Shown one piece after another: positions 51,129 to 61,830 of a DNA stretch of 64,000 bases. Within the stretch, counting starts at the first letter, position 1, and every line of letters begins with the position of its first letter. The stretch spans positions 32,001 through 96,000 of the forward strand of contig CAWBKP010000021.1 of assembly GCA_963789395.1 (NCBI GenBank), written 5' to 3'. The translations under genes and the position numbers were made by a program. The DNA is from an uncultured delta proteobacterium (GTDB taxonomy: Bacteria > Desulfobacterota > Desulfobacteria > Desulfobacterales > Desulfatirhabdiaceae). Under the pieces are notes generated by a model. The model saw only the letters and a program-made list of their open reading frames with translations. It searched no databases and was not told where the DNA came from.

Positions 51129-53574
51129 CTACTTCTTCCTCTTTTTCAGCAAGCCTGGCTGCACTGGTGACTTTTTCCGCCGCCTCCATACCGATCAGCT
51201 TGACGCCCTGGGTATTTCGGCTGATGACGGAAACGCCGCGGGTGGGGATTCGGATGAGTTTGCCATTATCTGTCATGAGCATCAGATCGTCGTCTTCTTC
51301 CACCAGAAGAATGGCCACGACATTGCCGTTTCGTTCCGTTGTCTTGATGGTGATGACCCCAAGGCCCCCGCGCTTCTGGACCGGATATTCATCAATGGAA
51401 GTGCGTTTCCCGAAGCCGTTTTCGGTGATGGCGAAAAGGGTCTGGCCGTGACTCAATACCTCCATTCCCACGATCGTATCTCCTTTGCTCAGCCGCATTC
51501 CCCGGACCCCTGCGGCATTTCTGCCCATGGAACGCACATCCGATTCATGAAAACGAATGGATTTGCCGAATGCGGAGCCGAGAAATACATTCAGGGTGCC
51601 GTCGGTGATTTTGGCGGAAATCAGCTCATCGCCTTCAACCAGGGAAATGGCGATAATGCCGGCTGCCCGGGGCCTGCTGAAATCCATTAAATTGGTTTTT
51701 TTCACAACTCCCGAACGGGTTGCCATCATGATGTGATATCCGGGTTCGAATTTGGATACCGCAAGCACGGCAGTCAGACGCTCTTCAGCCTGGAAATTCA
51801 ATAAATTGATGATCGCTTTTCCGCGGCTGGCGCGGCCTGCCTGAGGAATTTCATAGACCTTGCACCAGTAGAGCCGACCCTGATTGGTAAAAAAGAGAAA
51901 CGTATGATGGGTGGATGCCACAAACAGATGTTCCACAAAGTCTTCATCCTTTGTTTCCATCGCTGTTTTGCCTTTTCCGCCGCGGCGCTGGCTGTTATAC
52001 AGCGTAATGGGGTTTCGCTTGATATAACCGGTTTTTGAAATGGTGACCACCATGTCTTCTTCCACGATCATATCTTCAAGCGTAATCTCGCGGGTTTCAT
52101 CCACAATCTGCGTTCGCCGGGGATCGCCGAATTCCGACTGGATTTCGGTCAGCTCGTCCTTGATCAGTTGCAGGATAATCATCTCGCTGCCCAGAATCTG
52201 CTTGAACCAGTCAATGTCTTTCAGCGTCTTCTGGTATTCTTCGATGATTTTTTCCTGCTCCAGGCCCGTAAGCCGCTGCAGCCGCATGTCCAGGATGGCC
52301 TGGGCCTGAATCGGCGAAAGGGCAAAGGCGTCGATGAGGCGCGTTTTGGCCTCTGCAGGAGACGGGGACTGGCGGATCAGGCTGACCACGGCATCCAGAT
52401 TGTCGAGGGCGATTTTCAGCCCTTCCAGGATATGGGCCCGGTCTTCGGCTTTTTTCAGGTCGAACTGGGTTCTTCGGATGATGATCTGTTTGCGGTGCCG
52501 GATGAAATATTCCAGGATTTCCTTCAGGGTCAGCAGTTCCGGACGGTTGTTTACGACCGCCAGCAAAATAATGCCGAAACTGCTTTCCATCCGGGTGTGT
52601 TTATAGAGCTGGTTGATGATGACTTCGGCGGCCTGGTCTTTTTTAAGCCCCATGGCGATCCGCATGCCGTCCCGGTCCGATTCGTCCCGGATGAACCGGA
52701 TGCCTTCGATCTGCTTATCCCGGATCAGCTCGGCGATAAATTCAATGAGCTTGGCCTTGTTGACCTGGTAGGGAAGCTCGGTTACCACGATGGTTTCGCT
52801 GCCGGTTTTCTTGTCCTTTTCAACCAGGGTTCTGGCCCGCATCCGGATGATTCCCCGACCGGTCCGGTAAGCATCATGGATTCCGGTTTTTCCGTAGATA
52901 AAACCGGCGGTCGGAAAATCCGGTCCCGGGATGATGGAGATGAGCTCTTCAAAGCTGAGGCCCGGGTTGTCGATAATGGCCTTGATGGCCTCGATGGTTT
53001 CATTCAGGTTGTGGGGCGGAATGTTGGTTGCCATGCCGACCGCAATGCCGGAGGAGCCGTTGATGATCAGATTGGGGATCTTGGCCGGCAGAACCGATGG
53101 TTCCGAGAGCGATTCATCATAGTTGGGAACGTAATTGACCGTATCCTTTTCAAGATCGTCCAGCATATGATGGGCCAGGCGTTTCATGCGGATTTCCGTA
53201 TACCGCATGGCTGCCGGGGGATCGCCGTCAATGGAGCCGAAATTTCCCTGCCCGTCCACCAGGGGGTATCTCAGGGAAAAATCCTGGGCCATGCGGACGA
53301 TGGTGTCGTATACGGCGGTATCCCCGTGAGGATGGTATTTACCGATGACATCGCCGACGATGCGGGCGGATTTCTTGTAAGGCTTGTTCCAGTCGTTGCT
53401 CAGTTCGTGCATGGCAAAGAGCACGCGGCGGTGAACCGGCTTGAGGCCATCGCGGACATCCGGAAGGGCCCTGCCGATGATGACGCTCATGGCATAATCG
53501 AGATAGGATTTTTTCATTTCGCTATCGATGCGAATGTCAGGGCGAATATCGGGAATTTTTTCGATCTCTGTCAT
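51061..53574 (-). CDS. gyrA: DNA gyrase subunit A
   Basis: [25 protein letters not shown], GyrA-box QRRGGKG, acidic tail. Confidence 0.98.
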   Translation of the reverse strand: MTEIEKIPDIRPDIRIDSEMKKSYLDYAMSVIIGRALPDVRDGLKPVHRRVLFAMHELSNDWNKPYKKSARIVGDVIGKYHPHGDTAVYDTIVRMAQDFSLRYPLVDGQGNFGSIDGDPPAAMRYTEIRMKRLAHHMLDDLEKDTVNYVPNYDESLSEPSVLPAKIPNLIINGSSGIAVGMATNIPPHNLNETIEAIKAIIDNPGLSFEELISIIPGPDFPTAGFIYGKTGIHDAYRTGRGIIRMRARTLVEKDKKTGSETIVVTELPYQVNKAKLIEFIAELIRDKQIEGIRFIRDESDRDGMRIAMGLKKDQAAEVIINQLYKHTRMESSFGIILLAVVNNRPELLTLKEILEYFIRHRKQIIIRRTQFDLKKAEDRAHILEGLKIALDNLDAVVSLIRQSPSPAEAKTRLIDAFALSPIQAQAILDMRLQRLTGLEQEKIIEEYQKTLKDIDWFKQILGSEMIILQLIKDELTEIQSEFGDPRRTQIVDETREITLEDMIVEEDMVVTISKTGYIKRNPITLYNSQRRGGKGKTAMETKDEDFVEHLFVASTHHTFLFFTNQGRLYWCKVYEIPQAGRASRGKAIINLLNFQAEERLTAVLAVSKFEPGYHIMMATRSGVVKKTNLMDFSRPRAAGIIAISLVEGDELISAKITDGTLNVFLGSAFGKSIRFHESDVRSMGRNAAGVRGMRLSKGDTIVGMEVLSHGQTLFAITENGFGKRTSIDEYPVQKRGGLGVITIKTTERNGNVVAILLVEEDDDLMLMTDNGKLIRIPTRGVSVISRNTQGVKLIGMEAAEKVTSAARLAEKEEEVDESGEPDESDESNDSGAPVESP

Positions 53575-53579
53575 GTTAA

Positions 53580-54665
53580 CTACCTTATCGTTTCAATACA
53601 GTTGTTTTCTATCAGAAATTGATACCTCGTGTGATAAATATCGGTCAGGGTTAAAAAGGCGGTGACCACCAGCGGGCCGTAAATGATCCCGAGGATACCA
53701 AACAGTTTTATGCCGCCCATGATGGATAGAAATACGAGCAGGGTGTGCATGTTAACCCGGTGGCCCACGAGTTTTGGCTTGAAAATGTACTCCATGATCA
53801 CCGAAAGCACCAGATAAAAAATCACAAAAAAAATCCCTGCGGCAAACTTGCCCATCAAATACAGATAAATTGCAGCAGGAATAAACACAATGCCGGTACC
53901 GATTATCGGAAGAAAGGCGACCAGGGACATGATCACTCCCCAGAGAACCGGAGATTTCAACCCGAAAAGCGAAAAGAGAATGCCGCCTGCAATGCCTTGA
54001 ATGAGTCCGCTCAGGCCATTGCCGATCAGTATCGCTCCTGCCATGTCTTTGAATTTCTGAATCAGTTTTTCGTCCTGATCATTTGGCAGGGGTGAAAAAT
54101 CGATAACAAACGCAACCAGCTTATGGCCGTCAACCAGAAAATAATAGATGAACATCAGCATGAAAAAGAAATAAAATAAAAAATTCAAAATGTTGGATGC
54201 TATCGCGCTTGCCTGCTGATAGAGAAAAAGCCCGACGACTTTCCCCATCTCGGATACGGCCTTGTTGACTTCATCTCCTGTCAGAACATAATTGAATCTG
54301 GATAAAAACTGGTTGGCCCGTTCGATGAGCCGGTTATTGGCCAGAAGTGCTTCCATCTGGTCGCTGATGGCTGCGGTTTTCCCCATCTGATACAGGCCAT
54401 ATGCTTCCTGGGACAGGGCGCCGACAAAATACACCATCGGAACAAAGAGAATCAGAAATATCAGCATGCAGGTCAGCAGTGATGATAGCGGGGGGGGGGC
54501 ATGTCTGTTGAAAAAACGGAAAACACCACTAAAGACGCTGGTAACGACAGCGGCGAGAACAATAACGGACAGAAACGGCCACAGAAGCCATCCCAGCATC
54601 AGCGCGGAGAGCAGGAAGATTGCCAGAAAGTACCACAGCTTCATTCTGTTGGCTGGATCGTTCAT
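53580..54665 (-). CDS. AI-2E family transporter
   Basis: Multi-TM protein; [22 protein letters not shown]. Confidence 0.88.
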   Translation of the reverse strand: MNDPANRMKLWYFLAIFLLSALMLGWLLWPFLSVIVLAAVVTSVFSGVFRFFNRHAPPPLSSLLTCMLIFLILFVPMVYFVGALSQEAYGLYQMGKTAAISDQMEALLANNRLIERANQFLSRFNYVLTGDEVNKAVSEMGKVVGLFLYQQASAIASNILNFLFYFFFMLMFIYYFLVDGHKLVAFVIDFSPLPNDQDEKLIQKFKDMAGAILIGNGLSGLIQGIAGGILFSLFGLKSPVLWGVIMSLVAFLPIIGTGIVFIPAAIYLYLMGKFAAGIFFVIFYLVLSVIMEYIFKPKLVGHRVNMHTLLVFLSIMGGIKLFGILGIIYGPLVVTAFLTLTDIYHTRYQFLIENNCIETIR

Positions 54666-54852
54666 GGAAGGATTGCATTCTGTGAAATGGGTTAACCGTT
54701 GATGATTATAATCCGGGCTTTTCCACTGGTCCCAAAATGAAAAACGTGGAAGCCAGCTGAAAAAAACGTCAGAGCCCCGAAATGTATTCAAATCGCATTT
54801 CGGGGCTGAAAATCAAGATAGGATCAGGTAAAAATGAATTGTCTGGAGATTG

Positions 54853-55008
54853 TTACTTGCTGACAAATCCTCCGGCAACAAGCAGGAGCAGTACTTCGTA
54901 AATGGCAACCGGTGTATAACTGTGGAAAAAACCATAAATAATACCGCCGCCGATAATTGCCGGAACCCCGCAAAATACCAATATCCCCAGTTTTCTGCTA
55001 ATATCCAT
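54853..55008 (-). CDS. Small two-helix membrane protein (about 51 aa; needs a 1-nt correction about 54928)
   Basis: RBS AGGAG; MDISRKLGILVFCGVPAIIGGGIIYGF then HSYTPVAIYEVLLLLVAGGFVSK-TAA in the shifted frame; absent from the ORF track. Confidence 0.55.
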   Translation of the reverse strand: MDISRKLGILVFCGVPAIIGGGIIYGFFHSYTPVAIYEVLLLLVAGGFVSK

Positions 55009-55115
55009 CTGCTGTCTCCTAGTGGGTCAATTGTCGGATGTTAGAAGTCAAAAAACACAGATCAGCAACTGGGTATTCTTACCAATAACTACCGAACAAG
55101 TAAAGAAAAAAATGA

Positions 55116-56402
55116 TTATCGCTCCACAATCATGGCCATTCCCATACCGCCGCCGATGCACATGGTAAACAGGCCGGTCTGGTATCCTTTGCGCTGCATC
55201 TGATACATGCCGGTAACAACCTGCCTGGCGCCGGTGCAGCCGATGGGGTGACCCAGAGAAATGCCGCTTCCCAGTTCATTCGGCCGGTCATTTTCAATTG
55301 CCAGCTCCCGCATGCAGCCGATGGCCTGAGCGGCAAAGGCTTCGTTCAGCTCGATCATGTCGATGTTCTTTAATGCCATGCCGGTGGATTTCAACACTTT
55401 CCGAACCGCGGGAACCGGTCCCAGCCCCATATAGGCCGGATCCAGGCCGCCGGCTGCAAAGCCCTTGATCCGGATGATGGGCTCAAGGCCCAAGTCTTTG
55501 GCTTTTTCGGCACTCATCATCAGAACAGCGGCAGCGGCGTCATTGATGCCGGAAGCATTTCCCGCAGTGACGGAACCGTCTTTTTTAAATGCCGGCCGGA
55601 GTTTGGCCATTTTTTCCAGGCTGGTTTCCATGGGCCGCTCATCCGTATCGAAAACGATGTCGCCTTTTCGGGATGCGATTGTGACCGGTACGATTTCCTT
55701 GGCAAAGATACCTCCCTTTATGGCAGCCATGGCCCGGTTATGGCTTAATACGCCCAGTTCATCCTGCTCCTGGCGGCTGATGCCGTACATTGAGGCGATG
55801 TTCTCTGCGGTCAGTCCCATATGATATCCATAGAATATCTCGAACAGCCCGTCAAATACCATCAAATCGGTAATTTCACCCTTTCCGGTCAGCTCCATAC
55901 GATGTCCCCAGCGGGCTTTGGGAAGAGCCATGGGTGCAAGACTCATGTTTTCCTGACCACCGGCCAGAATCACATCCGCCTGGCCGCTCATGATGGAAGC
56001 AGCTCCCATAGCAATGGCCTTTAAGCCAGAACCGCAGATCTTGTTGATGGTGACCGCAGGGGTCTCCTTGGGTAGCCCTGCCCGGATCATGGCCTGTCTG
56101 GCCGTGTTCTGTCCCTGAGCTGCCTGAAGCACATTCCCCATGATGACTTCATCAATGGCAATCGGGACGGCCTTGTCATCCCAGGAACAGGCCTTTTTTT
56201 CAAGCTCGATCAATCCCTGGTCTTTTAACTTATCCGGCGCATTGGCTTTCATGGCGTCATCTGCTATCGGCCGCAGGCATGCCTTCTTTAAAACATCTTT
56301 CATCACCACCGCGCCAAGTTCGACAACCGGAACATTCATCAAGGCTCCGCCAAAATTTCCGATGGCAGTCCGGGAACCACTGACAATCACCACTTCTCTC
56401 AT
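55116..56402 (-). CDS. Acetyl-CoA C-acetyltransferase (thiolase)
   Basis: NKICGSG, TAGNASGINDAAA, NEAFAAQ, GHPIGCTG, CIGGGMG. Confidence 0.96.
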   Translation of the reverse strand: MREVVIVSGSRTAIGNFGGALMNVPVVELGAVVMKDVLKKACLRPIADDAMKANAPDKLKDQGLIELEKKACSWDDKAVPIAIDEVIMGNVLQAAQGQNTARQAMIRAGLPKETPAVTINKICGSGLKAIAMGAASIMSGQADVILAGGQENMSLAPMALPKARWGHRMELTGKGEITDLMVFDGLFEIFYGYHMGLTAENIASMYGISRQEQDELGVLSHNRAMAAIKGGIFAKEIVPVTIASRKGDIVFDTDERPMETSLEKMAKLRPAFKKDGSVTAGNASGINDAAAAVLMMSAEKAKDLGLEPIIRIKGFAAGGLDPAYMGLGPVPAVRKVLKSTGMALKNIDMIELNEAFAAQAIGCMRELAIENDRPNELGSGISLGHPIGCTGARQVVTGMYQMQRKGYQTGLFTMCIGGGMGMAMIVER

Positions 56403-56638
56403 TGAAATATCCTCCATAACGAAATATGATTATAAATGCCGTACAATTAAATCGTGCCTGATCAAAAAGTCTGATCGGGAAAAATCCGAATAACAAAATC
56501 CGAAACAAAAGCAATTCAAATGTCAAAAAGACTGAAGTCATTCGTTTGTGAAATGGGGAATTCGTTTTACGGGCATGACCTGTCTTGATTGATCGATAAA
56601 GATATCACAAATCATTTTACTGGGTCAATGGTGAGTTC

Positions 56639-57410
56639 ATGTGTTTGATTCTTCTGGCCTATGACGTCCATCCGGAATACCGCCTCATTCTGGCCGCCAA
56701 TCGCGACGAGTTCTATGACCGTCCCGCCCTGCCCATGGCGTTCTGGGAAGATCACCCGGATATTCTGGCAGGTAGGGATTTAAAAGGCGGCGGAACCTGG
56801 CTGGGCATATCCCGATCCGGCAGATTTTCAGCCATCACCAATTACCGGGAACCCGGCGGTCCCAAACCCGATGCCCCCTCACGCGGTCATCTGGTGAGCG
56901 CCTTTCTTTCTGGAGACAGTTCTTCTCAAACCTATTTTGAGGGAGTTTCAGACTGTCGGCCAGAGCTACAGTGGATTCAACCTGATCGTCGGGGATGCAT
57001 CCGGTCTGTTTTACTATTCCAATCGGGGGCACGGAATCCACCGGCTTCCCCCCGGATGGTACGGCCTGAGCAACCATCTGCTTAACACGCCCTGGCCGAA
57101 AGTGGGAAAAGGGATTGTCTTGCTGAAATCAGCGGTTTTAAATGCGGGTCCCGTGAGGATTGACCCGATCTTTCAACTTCTGAAAAACCGCGAGACTCCG
57201 CCGGATGACAGGCTCCCGGATACAGGCGTAGGCATTGCATGGGAGCGGATCCTTTCTCCGATTTTTATCCAGAGCCCAGGATACGGCACGAGGTCATCGT
57301 CGGTAATGTTGATCAATAGAAATGGAAGGGCGCTGGTAGCAGAGCAAATATTTGATGCTGGATTTGATCCGGAACTACATCCACCGCAGGTGCGATCTTT
57401 TCAACTTTGA
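56639..57410 (+). CDS. NRDE/TANGO2 family protein; apparent frameshift about 56936
   Basis: MCLI, ANRDEFYDRP, GGTWLG, SRGHLV; then GFNL, GLSN, PWPKV, YGTRSS. Confidence 0.92.
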
Positions 57411-57484
57411 ACCAATGTCTGTGATTAAAACAAAACGCCTCTGTTGCGCCCTTCACTTTGATTTTATGCGGCTGCGCAGGGATA

Positions 57485-57769
57485 CAGAATTCAGGAGTCA
57501 GTATTCAGAATGGCCCGCATGTAAACTTCGAGCCTTTCAAATAACTTCCCCGAAGTTATTTTCTGATACAGCGCCGCGAAGCGGCGTAAACCAGCTTTTT
57601 ACTGACTGCTTCAATCAGGCAGGTTGGTTCAGCAACATCATCACAGGCAAGATCATGGACAAGTATCAAATTGCGTTTCGATTCTTCGAGTGGTCCTTGG
57701 GCGATATTGATAGAACGGTTTGGCTGAATTTCTCATTCTGGCTCCTGAATTCTGGATCCTGAATACCTG
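57485..57769. repeat. About 285-bp element bounded by inverted CAG-heptamer arrays, with internal hairpins
   Basis: Left CAGAATT-CAGGAGT-CAGTATT-CAGAATG; right CATTCTG-GCTCCTG-AATTCTG-GATCCTG. Confidence 0.65.
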
Positions 57770-57782
57770 AGTAGTTACGATA

Positions 57783-59417
57783 TTATATTGACACAGCCTG
57801 AAAATTACAATTCTGTAACCGCTTTTTGATCTGATCTGTCAGCAACCGGGCATCAAAAGGGGCCGCTGTCTTGGTGTCAATTTCAAGCGTATGAAGCCTT
57901 TCGTTTTCGCTCAGAGGCTGCCGGTTGCGGAGCTGGTGCTCCAGTACGGCCAGATCCGCATCGGATACGTTCTTCGGCCGTTCGATGATCCGGCGCCGGA
58001 GTGTTTCGGAAGGTGCCGTACATTCCAGAATGAGAAACGGAACCTGTTTTGTGGCTGCCAGCAGTTTAAATTGCTGCCGCTGATCGGCTTTAAGAAATGC
58101 GGCGTCAACAATCACCGGATATCCCGCATTCAGTATCTGGCCGGCAAGTACATGGAGTTTTTTATAAGTTTTCTCCGTGGCTTCGTCGGTATATATCCCT
58201 TTTCCGGTGGCCGCATGGCAGCTGTCTTCCGGTTTCACGCCATAGATTCTTTTGCGTTCGACATCGGAGCGGATTCGGATCACCCCCAGATGCTCAAGGA
58301 TTAACTGGCTCAGCGTGCTTTTTCCCGATGCCGACAGTCCGTGGGTAATGATCAATTTGGGGTTGCCCGGACTGGCATAACGCTGTGCAAGCTGCAGGTA
58401 GCCGCAACAATCCTTTTCAGCTTCAGCGCGAAGCTTTTTGTTGACGCCGGGCTGCCTTGAAAGAATGGCATTCACCTTTGCGCGCACCAATGCCCTGTAT
58501 GTCAGATAAAACGGAAGAATGCGAAGGCCGCTATAATCGCCGGTATTTTCCAGGTACAGATTTATGAATCGCTGAGCCAATTGGGGCTGATGCCGATCCT
58601 GAAGGTCCATGACCAAAAACGCAGCATCACTGATGACATCGATCCACCTGAGATCGGGATTGAACTCGATGCAGTCAAACACGACCGGGGCATCGCCAAT
58701 CCAGGCAAGATTCCGCAGGTGAAGGTCGCCATGGCATTCCCGGACGTATCCTTCGGATTTGCGTCGCACAAAGACCGGCTCCAGCGCATGTAATCCGGCC
58801 CGGGTCCAGTCTTCCAGTTTGGCAAGCGGTTCCGGCACTTTCCATTCAGGAAGATGCCCGCGGATCTGAATAAAATTTTCCAGGGCCGGCTTTTGGATAT
58901 GATCCAGGTTCCCGAAGCTGCTGTCTGTTCCGGCAACGGCGATCTGCTGATGGAACTGTGCGATAAGACGGGCAAACGCATCAATGTGATTTGGGTGCAG
59001 TTTTCCGCCGGCAAGAGCCCGATCCAGCTGGGACTCCTGCGGAAACTGCACCATTTTGACGGCGTACTCGATAACTTTGCCGTCTCCGGTCCATTTCGGT
59101 CGTTCGGGCGAGCCGTAAACAGGAGCCAGTCCCAGGTAAATTTCAGGCGCCAGCCTCCGGTTCAGCCGCACCTCCTCTTCACTGCAAAATCGTCGTTTTT
59201 CAAGGGTGGAAAAATCGAGAAAATCCAGATTGACGGGTTTTTTGATCTTATAGGCAATTGTTCCGGTCAAAATAACCCATGATGCATGGGTTTCGATGAG
59301 CTCACATTTTGTCACGGGATGATCATAACTGTCCGGCTTCATCAATGCTGCAATCAGGGCAGGAAGCGGCGTTTTGCAGGAAGGATTCTGCTCCCGGAGA
59401 TTGGCTGTTTGGTTCAT
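57783..59417 (-). CDS. Aminoglycoside-phosphotransferase-like kinase fused to a P-loop (AAA_33/gluconokinase-like) domain
   Basis: IETHASW, YKIKKPV, ECHGDLHLRN, FDCIEFN; GLSASGKST, RSDVERK. Confidence 0.9.
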   Translation of the reverse strand: MNQTANLREQNPSCKTPLPALIAALMKPDSYDHPVTKCELIETHASWVILTGTIAYKIKKPVNLDFLDFSTLEKRRFCSEEEVRLNRRLAPEIYLGLAPVYGSPERPKWTGDGKVIEYAVKMVQFPQESQLDRALAGGKLHPNHIDAFARLIAQFHQQIAVAGTDSSFGNLDHIQKPALENFIQIRGHLPEWKVPEPLAKLEDWTRAGLHALEPVFVRRKSEGYVRECHGDLHLRNLAWIGDAPVVFDCIEFNPDLRWIDVISDAAFLVMDLQDRHQPQLAQRFINLYLENTGDYSGLRILPFYLTYRALVRAKVNAILSRQPGVNKKLRAEAEKDCCGYLQLAQRYASPGNPKLIITHGLSASGKSTLSQLILEHLGVIRIRSDVERKRIYGVKPEDSCHAATGKGIYTDEATEKTYKKLHVLAGQILNAGYPVIVDAAFLKADQRQQFKLLAATKQVPFLILECTAPSETLRRRIIERPKNVSDADLAVLEHQLRNRQPLSENERLHTLEIDTKTAAPFDARLLTDQIKKRLQNCNFQAVSI

Positions 59418-59421
59418 TGCG

Positions 59422-60706
59422 TTATCGGCAAGCCTGCAGATACGGTTTTAAGGCATTCTGGATGCGGCGCTTAATGAGAGCTCGCGGATCGGGTTCAAGA
59501 GCGCCGCACGCAATTTCCGGATAGAGGTCGGGAAAAAACTGCCGCAGAAGGGCGTCCGGGATGGGGCGTTTCAGGTTGCGGATCAGGCGTTCAAATGCGG
59601 CTGTTGCCTCGGGATATGCCCAGTAATACCGGATGCGGTCACGGTAACTGAAATTTTGCAGAAAACCAATCGTTTCTGGCGGGAATTGCTGGTAATGGGA
59701 CTGCCAGTAACGGGGATGGACATCCATCAGGGTTTTCATTATCTGGCGCAGATTCGAGTGGAGATGGATAACGGGCCATGCCTCCTCAATGTATGTCAGT
59801 GCGTAAACCGCTTCGCGGAAGGCAAAGGTCAGGCAGGGGCCTGTCTTCAGAAGGATAAAATGATCCTGAACCATCTGCTTCAGTGCTTTCGGGGTCTGAT
59901 AATCCGCGGCGTGAATTTCAAACGTCATCAAGCCCGGCAAGCTGGCATGATATGCAGCCAGTGCTGCTGAACGATCCCGGTCATAACCGGCGATCACCCT
60001 ATCGCCGAATTCCACACCGGGCTGAACCACCACAGCCACCACCCGCTCCCAGGCCGACGACAGTCCGGCATCCTGAAAAGCCTGTTCATAAAGCTTCAAG
60101 GATACAAACAGGCTGTCCGGATCGGTTAGGGTCAGAGGACAGTCATCTTCCAGACCGCCGCCAGGTGGCGGTACCTCATTTCCGATCACGTATAGCGGCA
60201 TGTCCTGATCGCTGAGATCGCCTGCAGCCGCTTCAGCCGCCTGGCAAAGTGTCGCAGCCCTTCTGGCGGCGATTTCCGGAGGCAGGATAATGCCCGGGTC
60301 ATCGGCGCAGCGCATCCCTGTATCCAGATGAATTTTGCGAAACCCCGCGGCCACACAACGGGATGCCAGTTCAGCAGCGTTTGCCATCGCGCTTGCAGCG
60401 CTTTCTTTCCGCCACACCTGGGGCCCCAAGTGATCGGCGCCAATGATGATCTGATCAAACGAAAGGCCCATGGATTCGGCAAAGCCGGCGGATAAGGGCT
60501 GAAAAATCGGCGGGAGTCATGCCTGTGTAGCCGCCGGACTGGTTTACCTGGTTGGCAGTGGCCTCAACGAGCAGGGGGCGGGTCTCCGCAGCGGCCAGTT
60601 CCATGGCAGCTTCAAGGACCATCGGGTGCGACGAGCACACTGCGACCATGCCACCAATCATACCGCTTAAATGGCGTTTTCGCAGATCGAACAGGGGATT
60701 TGCCAT
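59422..60706 (-). CDS. GatZ/KbaZ family protein (tagatose-phosphate aldolase partner / tagatose-6-phosphate 4-epimerase-like); apparent frameshift about 60487
   Basis: VCSSHP, EATANQVNQSGGYTGM; ADHLGP, KIHLD, VVQPGVEF, LKTGPCLTF, DRIRYYW. Confidence 0.88.
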
Positions 60707-60719
60707 GGCTTTGCCGCGC

Positions 60720-61034
60720 TCATTTGATAAACGAGCAGCAATAATCCGTGATGCTTTTGACCTTCAGATCAAAACCGGACTGGGCAGGCACTTCAAATGC
60801 GTCACCGCCTTTGACCGGCTTCCAACCGTCTGCTCCGGGCAGCAGCACCTCCAGGTCACCGGAAAGAATCTCCATAAGTTCTTTGTCTGCGGTGTTGAAG
60901 TGATAGTCTCCGGGCAGCATGATCCCCAGCGTCTTTCTGGAACCGTCAGGAAAAATAAGGGTGCGGCTGGTGACGTTGCCGTCAAAGTAAACATTGGCTT
61001 TTTTGATGATGCTGATATGGTTGAATTCCGACAT
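60720..61034 (-). CDS. ppnP: Pyrimidine/purine nucleoside phosphorylase PpnP (YaiE)
   Basis: [36 protein letters not shown]. Confidence 0.9.
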   Translation of the reverse strand: MSEFNHISIIKKANVYFDGNVTSRTLIFPDGSRKTLGIMLPGDYHFNTADKELMEILSGDLEVLLPGADGWKPVKGGDAFEVPAQSGFDLKVKSITDYCCSFIK

Positions 61035-61470
61035 GATCCGTTCCTTTTTACGCTGAAATGATTTGGTTTTGTGACCTGACCGGCAAGATAGAAACCGCCG
61101 CGAATGCCAATCCATGTCAGGCAAATCGCCACTTCCGGTATATCAATGTGGTCCGGTAGGACTGAACACGCCGTAACCAAACATGTTCGACCCATCATTG
61201 ACACAAGTTTCCCCAAAAAACAAGAAAGGAGCAATGTGGAATTCTTTTGGAGCATCGAGTGATTAGAAAACCCTTGATAGAAATAGTATTCTGCAATATT
61301 AGAGAACTGGAAATTGATGCGTTTTCAGCTGTCAATTGTCTGCATGGTTGAAATGAAATAAAGATTGACAGAAGATTCAGATGTAGTTTAGAAAATTCAG
61401 GGTATAAACGAATGTAAATACAAATAATCCAAATCAGCATCTCAGACATAACCGATTTTTTCATATTATC

Positions 61471-61601
61471 GAGCCGCTTGTAAAAGTGCCGTTGTTCGTC
61501 ATCCCGGTGAAAACCGGGGTTCAGAAGCCTTTAAGTTCGCTGGATACAGGCTTTTGCCAGTATGACGGAAGCGGCAAATTGAAGGCTTTTGCAAGAGGCT
61601 C
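61471..61601. repeat. 131-bp nested palindromic (REP/MITE-like) element
   Basis: Outer IR GAGCCGCTTGTAAAAG / CTTTTGCAAGAGGCTC; inner GTCATCCCGGTGAAAACCGGGGTTCAG...CTGGATACAGGCTTTTGCCAGTATGAC. Confidence 0.7.
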
Positions 61602-61830
61602 AATCGCTTAACAGCTCTTCAAGAGCGGGATTCTCATAATAATCACACAATGATTAACTCGATACGCCGATCAAATTACCAAAAATCTCAATGCCAATAA
61701 CGGTGCGTTTTCAACTGAAAGTTTTGACTTCAGAATTTTGAATTTGTTTCGGATTTTGATATTCGAACTTTCCCTGAACGTCTTTTCAGCTCAAGTACCA
61801 ATTCGGATGATAAAATAATAGGGGTGATAT

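Noticed and set aside
52168..53622. 484-aa ORF antisense to gyrA, and many similar shorter antisense ORFs
   Set aside because: Shadow ORFs with no recognisable domains
57352..57762. 136-aa ORF across the palindromic element
   Set aside because: Overlaps the NRDE gene end, has no RBS and spans repeat sequence
46827..57769. Heptamer arrays as CRISPR repeats
   Set aside because: No 23-47 bp direct repeats with unique spacers and no cas genes
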